From positions 992,001 through 1,056,000 of the forward strand of contig CAWEQH010000010.1 in the NCBI GenBank assembly GCA_963811165.1: 64,000 nt of DNA, written 5' to 3'. Under the pieces are notes generated by a model. It was not told the DNA's origin and did no database searches. It saw only the letters and a program-made list of their open reading frames with translations. Source of the DNA: an uncultured Nitrospiraceae bacterium (GTDB lineage Bacteria > Nitrospirota > Thermodesulfovibrionia > Thermodesulfovibrionales > UBA6898). This document shows positions 41,257-50,958 of this stretch, one piece after another. Position numbers and translations under genes: made by a program. Position 1 is the first letter of the stretch. Each line of letters opens with the position of its first letter.

Positions 41257-41360
41257 AGTCGTTACCCCCTTTAAAAACGTTGGGTTAGTAAAAAATGGGA
41301 CGAGTCGCGATGACGCTTGCCCGCTCATACTTGCTCATTGATGTATTTTATCTATATCTG

Positions 41361-41549
41361 TTACTCGCTCCAGCTTATGGCTTGGACGGGACAGACATCA
41401 ATCGCCTCCTGACAATTGCATGTGTGGCATTTATCAGGGCCGATTACCCATGCCTTCTCATCATTCCTTAATTCAAAGACCTCGGGACAAAGCTCAGGAC
41501 ATGAGCCGCACCCTATACACGTTTCATAGTCTACTATGGGTATTTTCAT
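41361..41549 (-). CDS. Monocluster ferredoxin
   Basis: CIGCGSC...CP and CPVQAI, 62 aa. Confidence 0.92.
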   Translation of the reverse strand: MKIPIVDYETCIGCGSCPELCPEVFELRNDEKAWVIGPDKCHTCNCQEAIDVCPVQAISWSE

Positions 41550-41628
41550 GTAAATGTCTCCTTTTCTTTACCAATAATACTTTAAGGTCTGAGCTCAATG
41601 CCTTTTAGAGGTCTGCCTTTCTCACCTC

Positions 41629-42114
41629 TCACCCTCCTATATCTCCTTGAGGAATAGCATCTCCTATCTCATCCAGCTTTTGTCTCAGCCAGCCGGCCTT
41701 GTTCTCTATTTCTTCTCTTTCGGGTTCCCAGCTTGTCGCACATTCGAGTTTCAGTCTCCCGATCCTGTCGTTAAGCTCCTCCATGACCATGTGCAGTTCG
41801 TTCACCTCCGCCACCACTTTCTCCTTGTCACCCGTTGACACACTGTCCAGCTTTTTAACAATGCCCGCGAGCTTCGTTTTCCACCCGGCAAGCTCTATGC
41901 TCAAATTGTCGCAGTACCCCTCTATGTTGCCAACCGGCCTCGCTCTTCTGGTTACACTTTCAAGGAGCCTTCTTGCAACCACTTCATCGCTGTGGAGTTC
42001 GGCCCTCGCGTCCCTTTTGTCAGTCCTGGCTATTAATGTTCTCAGTTCGTTATCAAAACTTTCCAGTGCGTGTTTTAACAACTCTGTTTCTTTTTCATCC
42101 AGTTCGAGTACCAT
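41629..42114 (-). CDS. Hypothetical helical protein (apparent two-module fusion)
   Basis: GGAGG RBS; amphipathic helical sequence; lies between the CBS and ferredoxin genes. Confidence 0.7.
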   Translation of the reverse strand: MVLELDEKETELLKHALESFDNELRTLIARTDKRDARAELHSDEVVARRLLESVTRRARPVGNIEGYCDNLSIELAGWKTKLAGIVKKLDSVSTGDKEKVVAEVNELHMVMEELNDRIGRLKLECATSWEPEREEIENKAGWLRQKLDEIGDAIPQGDIGG

Positions 42115-42161
42115 GTCTTGCCTCCCTTCCCTTTGTGAGGGGTTTAGCCTTTGTTTCTTGT

Positions 42162-42587
42162 TCAGCAGCAGTGTTTTGCAAAGGCCTCTTCGAGGCCGAT
42201 GAACTGCTGAAACTCGTCCTTTATCTCTCTTGCCACATCCGCTGAAGATAAGAGACCCACTACCTTGCCGTTTTCCGTAACAGGGAGCCTTCTGACAGTC
42301 GCTTGGTTCATTATCCTCAGGGCGGAATCAAAATCCGCATCTGCACTGATGCATATCGGGTCTGCCGTCATAATCTCATACGCAAAGGTTGTCTTTGGGT
42401 CTTTAGAATCTGCAGCTACCGCGATAGCTACGTCCCTGTCTGTGACAATCCCCTTAAGCTTCCAGCCCTCTTCAACGACAAGAACCGATCCAATGCGATG
42501 CTCTTTCATCTTTTGGGCAACTTCAAAAAGAGTGGAAGATGGAAGAACCGTCACCACTTCTTTATTCATTAGCTGTTTTACGGTCAT
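42162..42587 (-). CDS. CBS-domain pair protein
   Basis: MTVKQLM..., GIVTDRD and RRLPV...GLLS..D motifs. RBS AAGGAGG. Confidence 0.92.
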   Translation of the reverse strand: MTVKQLMNKEVVTVLPSSTLFEVAQKMKEHRIGSVLVVEEGWKLKGIVTDRDVAIAVAADSKDPKTTFAYEIMTADPICISADADFDSALRIMNQATVRRLPVTENGKVVGLLSSADVAREIKDEFQQFIGLEEAFAKHCC

Positions 42588-42618
42588 AGTGACCTCCTTC
42601 CCAGGCCAAACCCTCACC

Positions 42619-42663
42619 AAAAACAAAAAGCCGAACTACCGTTTTTTCCTTCGGCAGCTCGGC
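42619..42663 (-). terminator. Intrinsic terminator overlapping the riboswitch 3' strand
   Basis: Minus strand gccgagctgccg-aaggaaaaaa-cggtagttcggc-tttttgttttt. Confidence 0.75.
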
Positions 42664-42728
42664 CATCTTATTAAAAGATCCGCCGCTTTCCGCACCCTTT
42701 TCACAAAGGGGCTGGCTTGTCGGGACTA
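42647..42728 (-). ncRNA. GEMM-I (c-di-GMP-I class) riboswitch aptamer
   Basis: Minus strand CCCGACAAG-CCAGCCCCUUU-GUGA-AAAGGGUGCGG-AAAGC-GGCGGAUCU...AGAUGGCCGAGCUGCCGAA shows a GNRA-capped P2, the AAAGC junction, a P3 with receptor, and a CCGAA end. Confidence 0.75.
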
Positions 42729-43026
42729 TTCACTTATACTATTTTATCATTTAACACTACGTCTAAATTGTTAAACTTTCTTATAAATCTTATAAGGCAA
42801 TAATATATTCCCTCAATTTCGCCCACATGCGCAGTTTTCACGTGCACCTATGAGTGACGCAAAGACAATATTCGGATGTTAGCAGACTCAATGAAGGGAC
42901 CATGAGGAACAAGGCGAGAACTTCCGTTGATTATAGGAAGGAACTTCCGGTTAAGTAATCTGGTCTTGAAATGCGTTTACAACCCCTGTAATCACGAATA
43001 GTGCTCACGACACTTCATGAAGGAGA

Positions 43027-43068
43027 GATACATACAGTCCCCCATTGAGCCGGGGAGCTGTATGTATC
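43027..43068 (-). terminator. Stem-loop downstream of the third HtrA gene
   Basis: gatacatacag...ctgtatgtatc inverted repeat. Confidence 0.55.
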
Positions 43069-43095
43069 GAACTCCTTGTCATCTGATTACCGTTT

Positions 43096-44562
43096 TTACT
43101 TTCCTGAAAGCGTAACGTAGAAGGTCGACCCTTCTCTATATATCAGTAGCAGTATATTCTGGTCCGATCCGATCCTGGAGACCACGTTTTCGAAATCCTT
43201 CAGGTTGTTGATACCTTTTCTGTTTATCTCAATTATCACATCATTGCGCGCCAGAACGCCTCCGGCAGGGCTGCCCTCTTCAATATTCGTTATGATAACA
43301 CCGGTTATTTGCCCGGGGAGCCTCAGATTTTTCATGAGATCCGGGGTAAGGTCCTGAACCTGCACCCCCTTCAGGGCGTTGTCGAATTTCCCCGGGAGCT
43401 TTTGCATCTCAGCGGGAAGCTCCGCCACGGTCACTTTTACCTTTTCCTCTTTTCCGTCGTGCACTATCCTGAGGACAACTTCCCTACCGGGAGCGGTATT
43501 GGCCACCATGTTCCTGAGGTTCGCCGGATCTTCCACTTCTTTCCCGTTATATCCGATAATCACGTCGCCCCTTTTGATTCCCGCCTTTTCAGCCGGGCTG
43601 TCCTCCGTAACGTCTCCGACGAGTACCCCTTTTTGTTCCTTGAGATCGAACTGTTTCGAAAGTTCAGGCGTTATCTGCTGGATCGAAACACCCAACCATC
43701 CCCTCACAACCTTGCCGTTTTTGATCAGGTTTTCCATCACGGTTTTGACCATAGCGCTGGGTATGGCAAACCCTATCCCCTGATATCCGCCTGACGTACT
43801 GAAGATCGCGGTATTGATGCCGACAAGCTCGCCCCTCACATTCACAAGCGCGCCTCCTGAGTTTCCGGGATTGATCGCCGCGTCGGTCTGGATAAAATCC
43901 TCGTAGTCGGCGATGCCCACATTTGCGCGGCCTGTTGCGCTGACGATACCGGAGGTGACGGTCTGGTTTAACCCAAAGGGATTTCCTATTGCGATTACCG
44001 TCTCACCCACTTTCAATGTATCCGAATCTCCGATCATCAGTGTCGGGAGGTGGTCTGAGTTTATTTTAATGACGGCGATATCGGTCCTTGCGTCTTTCCC
44101 GATTACCTTTCCTTTGAACTCCCTGTTGTCCGAGAGCTTCACCTTTATTTCGTCGGCGTCCTTTATCACATGGTAGTTGGTGAGTATATATCCGTCCTTG
44201 TCCACAATGACCCCGGACCCGAGACTCGACTGCTTGTATTCCCTATGTCTTCTCATATTTCCGAATTCTTCTCCAAAAAATCGGTTGAAGAAAGGGTCAT
44301 TGAAGAATGGGTTTGATGTTCCGGGCGTTCTTACGGTGTGCGAGGTCGATATATTTACTACCGCGGGCTTTACGGCGGCAACGACTTCCGCCATCGCCTG
44401 GCCCGTCCTTGACAGGATATCGATTGCATTCTTCGATATCTTCGGCTCCGCCGCATACGCCTTTACATAAAATGAAGAATTCGCTGAGATCACAAGCCCT
44501 GCGATCAGTCCGATGATGGTAAAAGTTGCTGCGATGATAATCGGTCTTTTCTTTCGTTGCAC
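43096..44562 (-). CDS. HtrA/DegQ serine endoprotease with two PDZ domains (third copy)
   Basis: LGSGVIV, TNYHV and DAAINPGNSGG motifs. Close paralog of 14492-15964. Confidence 0.95.
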   Translation of the reverse strand: MQRKKRPIIIAATFTIIGLIAGLVISANSSFYVKAYAAEPKISKNAIDILSRTGQAMAEVVAAVKPAVVNISTSHTVRTPGTSNPFFNDPFFNRFFGEEFGNMRRHREYKQSSLGSGVIVDKDGYILTNYHVIKDADEIKVKLSDNREFKGKVIGKDARTDIAVIKINSDHLPTLMIGDSDTLKVGETVIAIGNPFGLNQTVTSGIVSATGRANVGIADYEDFIQTDAAINPGNSGGALVNVRGELVGINTAIFSTSGGYQGIGFAIPSAMVKTVMENLIKNGKVVRGWLGVSIQQITPELSKQFDLKEQKGVLVGDVTEDSPAEKAGIKRGDVIIGYNGKEVEDPANLRNMVANTAPGREVVLRIVHDGKEEKVKVTVAELPAEMQKLPGKFDNALKGVQVQDLTPDLMKNLRLPGQITGVIITNIEEGSPAGGVLARNDVIIEINRKGINNLKDFENVVSRIGSDQNILLLIYREGSTFYVTLSGK

Positions 44563-44878
44563 GGTAAGTATCCTCCTTTGACGTTATTCTTAGTAAATCT
44601 CAAAATGAAATTATTTGACAGGATTATGAAAAAATTATGAAGAGATATATCTACGGCTGGAGAAAAATCAAAGAGAGGGCATGGATCTTACCGCAAAAAA
44701 AGATCACCACTTCTTTAGACCTAAATGTCTTGACCTCGTCTGCTCGCCTCGCAACGACCCGGCGTCCCCACAGCAAAAAAGGACCTTAAACCCAGACAGC
44801 AGAGCCTTTTTGCCAACAGACCGCTCCGGCACACTAGTGAGGGCCGGGCTGCGTGCCGGACAAGAGGAATGGCCCCTC

Positions 44879-45106
44879 TTATACCGCCTCGACCGCCTTC
44901 AAATCGGGGATGTCTCTTTTCAGTTCTGCTTCGATGCCGCCCTTAAGAGTCATCATCGACATAGGACAGTGACCGCATGCTCCGGTAAGTTTCACCTTTA
45001 CCACGTTGTCATCCGTCACATCCACAAGCTGAACATCGCCCCCGTCCCGCTGGAGAAAGGGCCTTACTCTCTCGATAACTTCCTGCACCTTTGTTTTGTC
45101 GATCAT
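44879..45106 (-). CDS. NifU-C/NfuA-type Fe-S carrier
   Basis: VRPFLQRDGGDV...GACGHCPMS motif. Confidence 0.92.
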   Translation of the reverse strand: MIDKTKVQEVIERVRPFLQRDGGDVQLVDVTDDNVVKVKLTGACGHCPMSMMTLKGGIEAELKRDIPDLKAVEAV

Positions 45107-45201
45107 ATCCGACCTCCCTTATCGATAATCAATCTATACACTATTTTAACCTATTTCTGCGGCGCATTTAATATTACTTGTCAACTAAAAACATTAAACC
45201 T

Positions 45202-45327
45202 GTTCTTTCCCGCAAGCGAAGCGCGTCGGGAATCCAACCCCCCTCTACCCCCCTTATCAAGGGGGAGGGGCGGATCCTCCCCTGATGAGGGGAGGCAGGG
45301 AGGGGTTATCGGACAAGACATAATGAC
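45202..45327. repeat. REP-like palindromic intergenic element, apparently nested
   Basis: ttcccg...cgggaa hairpin; then aacccccct...ggaggggtt enclosing ccccctt-atc-aaggggg and ctcccct-gatg-aggggag. Confidence 0.6.
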
Positions 45328-45449
45328 AGCCAGCAAGACTTTCATCTATAATTTATAAGAGAAAACGAGGAGGGGATAATGATGACTTTTTTGCGGGAGG
45401 TAGGAGTACTTTGGACGGTCGCGTATGGGCGGGCGTTTGGCGGCTGCAG

Positions 45450-45998
45450 ATGAGACGCTTTGATCAGACGTCCGCGACATGTCAGATATTCACCTACAAG
45501 GAAGGAATCCTGTCGGCCCTCGCCTACGACCTGAGGATCAATGTCACTTCTTTCATTGTCGAACTCGGCGATGACGACTCCCTGATCGATGCTCGATTTG
45601 ACGCTGCCTCGCTTCATGTGGACTGCGCGCTGGTGGACGGCGTCGAGAGGAGGGACCTGCTGTCTGAGGCAAGCAAAAAAGATATAGACGAGAATATCCT
45701 TAAGGACGTACTCGACGCAGCGACCCACAGGTTTATTACCTTCAGTTCCGCATCAGTGACAAAAGAAGACTCGTCCTACCTGATCAAAGGGACCCTCACC
45801 CTCCATGGTATCCCGCGTGAGATGACCTTCACCGCCCGCAGTGAAGGTAACTACTACGTAGCCGAGGCGTGGCTGAACCTGCCGAAATTCAACATAAAGC
45901 CTTTTAGCGCCCTTTTCGGCGCTATCAAGATAAAACCGGACATATTCATAAGGACGGCACTTGCCCTCGAAAAAAGCTCTGCTCCTTTACTTACCTGA
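45450..45998 (+). CDS. YceI-like protein
   Basis: FTYKEG.LS...DL, VL.A.....ITF.S, GTLTLHG and F.IKPFSA..GA.K motifs. Confidence 0.75.
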   Translation: MRRFDQTSATCQIFTYKEGILSALAYDLRINVTSFIVELGDDDSLIDARFDAASLHVDCALVDGVERRDLLSEASKKDIDENILKDVLDAATHRFITFSSASVTKEDSSYLIKGTLTLHGIPREMTFTARSEGNYYVAEAWLNLPKFNIKPFSALFGAIKIKPDIFIRTALALEKSSAPLLT

Positions 45999-46062
45999 AT
46001 TGCCGACCGCTATGCCTTACGTCAAAGAGCGACCTGAACCGCCGGCCTTCATTCTGACCTTC

Positions 46063-46398
46063 TTAGAACCTCTTCACAAAAATTACGATGTAGGCGAGCG
46101 CGAGATATAAGAAAATCCCTATCAGCAAGGAAGGTATGACCCCGATCCGCGGCGTCAAAAAAATGATCGCCCCGATATATGCCAGCCATGGGAAGAGCAT
46201 GATGATCAGCCCATGGGCGTAGGGGACTACCGCCTTCTGACCTGCCTCGTAATAGATAGTCAGAAACGTTATCAGCGTCATGACCGGCAGATTTGCAAAA
46301 AAAGCGGCGACCATCGTCCTTGAGTGGCTCGCGAAATAGGTGACCACGCTTATGACGGTCCCCCCGATCAGAAAATAAAGGACATATTTAATTCCCAT
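46063..46398 (-). CDS. Small membrane protein (DUF3147-like)
   Basis: Four hydrophobic segments; F.IGG..., A.F.A.LP motifs. Confidence 0.65.
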   Translation of the reverse strand: MGIKYVLYFLIGGTVISVVTYFASHSRTMVAAFFANLPVMTLITFLTIYYEAGQKAVVPYAHGLIIMLFPWLAYIGAIIFLTPRIGVIPSLLIGIFLYLALAYIVIFVKRF

Positions 46399-46490
46399 AT
46401 GAGATCAGACCTCCAAGATAGTCAATTCTACCAGATGCAAAAGGTGAATGAAACTTGAGCTCATTAGAGGACTTTCCGTCTTCAGCCCAC

Positions 46491-46526
46491 AGAAAAAGGA
46501 GGTGTTGCAAATATTCAACGCCTCCT
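46491..46526 (-). terminator. Intrinsic terminator
   Basis: aggaggtgttg...caacgcctcct stem with an A-run on the plus strand (U-run on minus). Confidence 0.6.
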
Positions 46527-46564
46527 CATCGTTATAACCGGCTATAGGTTATGAACGTCTCATA

Positions 46565-46936
46565 TTACCCGTGTTTTTCGGAGGCAATACGGACGGTGTC
46601 AGCAATATATTTTCCGTCTTTCTCGTGAAACTTCACCAGCACCTTCTCGCCGGCCTTCAGGTCTTGAAACGTCTCAACCTTCTTACCCATGGCGAATTTT
46701 GTGTTATCACCTGTAATGAATGTGATATCACCCTTCCATCTGAGAGAGGGTGATTTGTCCCGCTCTATGGACTTTACGGTCAATGTCTTGGCAGCTGCGT
46801 CAACGGCCAGCACCGGTCCTCTGACAGAGTACATCTGGTCCTTGCTGTACATCTGTTTCTCGGCGGCGCCGGCAACGCTCACGAGGGAAAACACAAAGAA
46901 CATCGCCACTAATATCGCTAGGAATTTTTCCATCAT
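46565..46936 (-). CDS. Small secreted beta-rich (OB-fold-like) protein
   Basis: Signal peptide; G.V.AVD..AKTLTV...DLKAGEKV.V.F pattern. Confidence 0.7.
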   Translation of the reverse strand: MMEKFLAILVAMFFVFSLVSVAGAAEKQMYSKDQMYSVRGPVLAVDAAAKTLTVKSIERDKSPSLRWKGDITFITGDNTKFAMGKKVETFQDLKAGEKVLVKFHEKDGKYIADTVRIASEKHG

Positions 46937-47189
46937 TTTCACCTCCATTATCCTTCCATTTCACTCCTAATCTCAATATATATCATGTTGCGCAACCTTA
47001 CAACTCTAAAACACGTATTGATCTTCGATTTTCCGGCCGAAAAAAGCAAAAAAAAGAGGTTATTGCAGCGTTATTATTCGTTTTGCCCTCTTACAGGATA
47101 ATGCTCCCACTCACGAAAAAATTGCGTTGGTCAAACCCTTTGCTTGATCCCTCTGCTGATTTTCGGTTACCGTATCCGATGAGGTTTTC

Positions 47190-48687
47190 ATGATACGGCC
47201 TTTCAGGATTTTTTCACTGTTCATGGGAATATTTCTTCTGGTCTCGTGGGCAGCGCCTTCGCTGCCTTCAGGGAGCGGGGTTGACGAAATAAAGAAGAGG
47301 GGCTATCTCTTATGGGGTTCCGATTCCGAGGGAGGGGCCCCGTATGTATTTCCCGATCCGAAGTGATCCTTCAAAACTCATCGGCTTCGAAGTGGACCTT
47401 GCCGATGCGATTGCAAGGGAGCTTGGGGTAAAGGCGCGACAGTCCCAAAACGCATGGGACAGCCTCATCCCCGCCTTGGACAGGGGAGATTTCGATATGG
47501 CCATGAACGGCATAGAGATCACTCCTCAGAGGCAATCCAGGGTCCTCTTCTCCATCCCCTATTACGTCTTTACCGAACAACTCGTGGTAAGGAAGGACGA
47601 CCCCGCCATTGGCGGGATCAATGATATAAAAGGCAAGAAGGTCGGCACCCTTTCAGGCACCGTGGCCCAGGAAATCCTCACCGGAATCGGCGGCGTGGAT
47701 GTGAAGATATACTCCGGCCAGGTCGAGCCTTATGAAGACCTTGCCATTGGAAGGCTCGATGCCGTCTTGCTCGATCTCCCGATAGCAGCGTATTACGGAA
47801 AGACAAACCCAAAACTGAAATATGCAGGCCCTCCGATAGGCGAGGGTTTTTACGGGATCGCAATGAGAAAAGGGGACGAGGACCTCCGAAACGAGATGGA
47901 CAAAATACTGGGCAGGCTCCTTAGAACCGGAGAGCTAAAAAAGATATACGAAAAGTGGGGCCTCTGGAACGAAAAACAGGAAAAGCTTCTTCCCAAGGCA
48001 AAGGAGCCGGAGAGGTCCGTGGGTATCGAAGAGAGCAAGAAAGCGGCACTCATCACCTTTATTCCTGCGCTTCTCAAAGGGGCGGGCATAACCATTGTCA
48101 TCTCTGTCGTGTCGATGGCCCTTGCGGTCTCTCTCGGTCTCTTGCTCACCGTCACCCGACTCTATGGCAGACCTCCGTTTAGCAATTTTTCAACGGCATA
48201 CATCGAGCTTTACCGGGGCACGCCGCTTCTGATACAGCTCTACATCCTCTACTACGGGCTTCCTAACATCGGTGTCTCCCTCAGCCCGCTGACGGCCGCT
48301 TTTTTGGGTCTCGGTATGAATTACGCGGCGTATGAAGCCGAGATATACAGGGCGGGGATAATGGCGGTGCCGAATGGCCAGATGGAGGCGGCCCTCTCCC
48401 TCGGCATGCCCCAGGGGCTTGCCATAAGAAGGGTCGTACTTCCCCAGGCCCTGAGGATAGCCACTCCTGGCGTGACGAACGATTTTATTGCACTCTTTAA
48501 GGATTCTTCGCTGGTCTCGGTAATCGCGATGGTGGAGCTGACAAAGACTTACAGCATTCTCGCGGCAACCACGCTGAGGTTTTTCGAACTGGGGCTCATC
48601 GTCGCCTTCCTCTATTTTGCGATGAGCTATCCCCTCTCCTTGCTCGCAAAGCGGCTGGAAGAAAGGCTTAAGGGCTCTAAGAGATGA
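47190..48687 (+). CDS. Polar amino acid ABC transporter, fused substrate-binding and permease domains (apparent +1 frameshift near 47364)
   Basis: The ATG 47190 frame gives a signal peptide plus [17 protein letters not shown]. One extra T separates it from [11 protein letters not shown]..., which leads to RGTPLL.QL and the EAA loop. Confidence 0.88.
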
Positions 48688-49445
48688 TCACGGTAAGGGA
48701 GCTCCATAAATATTACGGAGATGATCTGCTTTTCAGGGGCCTCAATCTCGATGTCCGAAAGGGGGAAGTAGTTGCACTCATTGGCCCCTCAGGCAGCGGC
48801 AAGAGCACCTTCCTCAGATGCATAAACGGGCTGGAATATTTCCAGAGGGGGGAGATAACGGTCGCCGGCATGAAGCTCCACGGCATTGATAGGATAAGGC
48901 CCGGGAAAGAAGACCTCGAAAATATAAGGAAGATCAGGCTAAAAGTCGGGATGGTATTTCAGCAGTTCAATCTTTTTCCGCATATGACCGCGCTCGAAAA
49001 TATCATCGAGGCGCCTGTCAGGGTGCTCGGCATGGATAGAAAAGCGGCAGACGCTATGGCCCTCGGTCTTTTAAAGAGGATAAATCTCGACCATAAGACG
49101 GGAAGTTATCCTGCGGAGCTCTCGGGCGGGGAGCAGCAGAGGGTGGCCATCGCCCGTGCCCTCGCCATGACGCCCGAGGCGATGCTTTTTGATGAGCCGA
49201 CGTCATCCCTTGACCCCGAGATGGTGGGGGAGGTCCTGGCGGTTATCAAAGATCTTGTTCGCGAGGGGATGACCACCGTCATCGTGACTCATGAGATGGT
49301 CTTTGCAAGGGAAGTGGCTGACAGGGTTGTGGTCTTTGATAAAGGGGAAATTGTAGAGACCGGCCCTCCCGCGGAAATCTTCACCGGCCCCAAGGCCGAA
49401 AGGACGAAGACGTTCCTTAGCAGGGTACTAAATTCGCGCCTATGA
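48684..49445 (+). CDS. Polar amino acid ABC transporter ATP-binding subunit (GlnQ-like)
   Basis: [27 protein letters not shown] and FDEPTS motifs. Confidence 0.95.
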   Translation: MITVRELHKYYGDDLLFRGLNLDVRKGEVVALIGPSGSGKSTFLRCINGLEYFQRGEITVAGMKLHGIDRIRPGKEDLENIRKIRLKVGMVFQQFNLFPHMTALENIIEAPVRVLGMDRKAADAMALGLLKRINLDHKTGSYPAELSGGEQQRVAIARALAMTPEAMLFDEPTSSLDPEMVGEVLAVIKDLVREGMTTVIVTHEMVFAREVADRVVVFDKGEIVETGPPAEIFTGPKAERTKTFLSRVLNSRL

Positions 49446-50139
49446 TAGTGATCAAAATTCCCATGCTTATATAATCCCCGTAATAACGTTCCCCGATGGG
49501 AAGGGCTTTGTCTGACAGAGGTGATCGCCTTTACTCTGTCAGACTGCCCGCGTTTCCCGGCAGGACAGTCCGGTTCCCGGTCGATCCTGATTCGATCCAT
49601 ACCTATCATCACATTCCGGACGTGGTAGCAGGTCTATTACCGGCCGAGAAAGCAAGGAAATTCCAACAATCACAGCCCCGTACCGCTCAGCGTCAACAAC
49701 GCCTGATACCACACTCTGTAGTCATCATCTCAGGATTGAAGATTTCCGCTTATAGTAGGGAAGGTCCTTTTTTTGCTTCCTTCCTGGAACCCACACAAAA
49801 GTGCTTGTACCACAGACGCATGGTTTCTCTTGTAAATATGCGGCGGGATTCATCTAATCTTCACCACCCTAAACTTCGAGCGTCACCCTATTTCCTCAAA
49901 TTCCTGGTATCATAAACTGGTCGTTAGCGCAGTCAAATCGGGGCAGTAGGGGATGACACCACCCTTAAAATAAACTTTACCCAGGAGAAAAACTGTGAGA
50001 ATCGGCTTTGGAGATATGCGCCCTTCGGGTGTTTGTCCCTTGTCTGGGTGAGTTTCAAAACGCTACTTGCATCCGCCGCGGGCGGCATCGCGCTTGTGAG
50101 GCGCGGTTGGGGTTAGAGTCTACTACAATCGAGGTGAAC

Positions 50140-50958
50140 ATGTCTGCAAAAAAAATCGCCATTATTTCCGACGCTACGGGCCAGAGCGGCCTGCATATTC
50201 TGAGGGCGGCTCTGGTGCAGTTTGAACACACCCACCCCAAGATCATGCTTTTCCACGACATTGATTCCAAGGCCGGGCTCAAAAAGGTCCTCGACCAGGC
50301 CAAGTCGGACAAGGCCCTGATAGCTTTTACCTTTGTCAAAAAGGAGATGCGCGACTATGCGACCGCCTATTGCGTGAATAACAAGATTTTTCATCTCGAC
50401 ATTCTGGGCCCGCTGATCAACAACCTCGCGGCCTATCTTCGACTGGAACCGCTCGAAACTCCGAGTCTGCTCAGAAAGGTCGATGAACGATACTTCAAAC
50501 GCATCGACGCGATCGAGTATACGTTGGGACACGACGACGGCAGGGACACCGAGCACCTCGATGGCGCGGACATCGTTATCGTCGGACTTTCGAGGACGTC
50601 CAAGACCCCGACCTCGATCTTTCTGGCCCAGGAGGGCTACAAGGTCGCCAATGTCCCGATCGTTCCGGGCATCCCCCTGCCCGAAGAGCTTTTCGAAATC
50701 GATCAGCAAAAGATCGTCTGTCTGGTAATCGATCCCGAGGTCCTTCAGAAAATCAGGAGGGTGCGCCAAGAAAAGTCCTCGCTCCCGACGAGCTACAGCG
50801 AATTCAAGAAGATCTTTGCCGAGGTCGAGTATGTCAGGGACCTCCGCAAGAAGCACCGGATCTGGAAAGTCGTCGATACTACGAACAAATCCATCGAAGA
50901 GACCGCGTGGGAAATCATCCACCATGTGTTCGGAGACCACCATGAAGAATATAATTGA
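50140..50958 (+). CDS. PEP synthase/pyruvate phosphate dikinase regulatory kinase-pyrophosphorylase (DUF299)
   Basis: ISDATG, YFKRIDAIEY...HDDG, GLSRTSKTP and T.KSIEETA motifs. RBS GAGG before ATG 50140. Confidence 0.92.
   Translation: MSAKKIAIISDATGQSGLHILRAALVQFEHTHPKIMLFHDIDSKAGLKKVLDQAKSDKALIAFTFVKKEMRDYATAYCVNNKIFHLDILGPLINNLAAYLRLEPLETPSLLRKVDERYFKRIDAIEYTLGHDDGRDTEHLDGADIVIVGLSRTSKTPTSIFLAQEGYKVANVPIVPGIPLPEELFEIDQQKIVCLVIDPEVLQKIRRVRQEKSSLPTSYSEFKKIFAEVEYVRDLRKKHRIWKVVDTTNKSIEETAWEIIHHVFGDHHEEYN

Noticed and set aside
42840..42900. Second GEMM riboswitch suggested by GACGCAAAG
   Set aside because: No flanking P2 or P3 stems, and no downstream gene on that strand.
44720..44870. 6S RNA
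   Set aside because: A long irregular hairpin is present, but there is no convincing central bubble or conserved 6S motifs and it is not in the usual zapA/ygfA context. Kept only as an unassigned structured element.
44681..45358. 225-aa plus-strand ORF
   Set aside because: It runs antisense across nfuA and through palindromic repeats, with no protein-like features.
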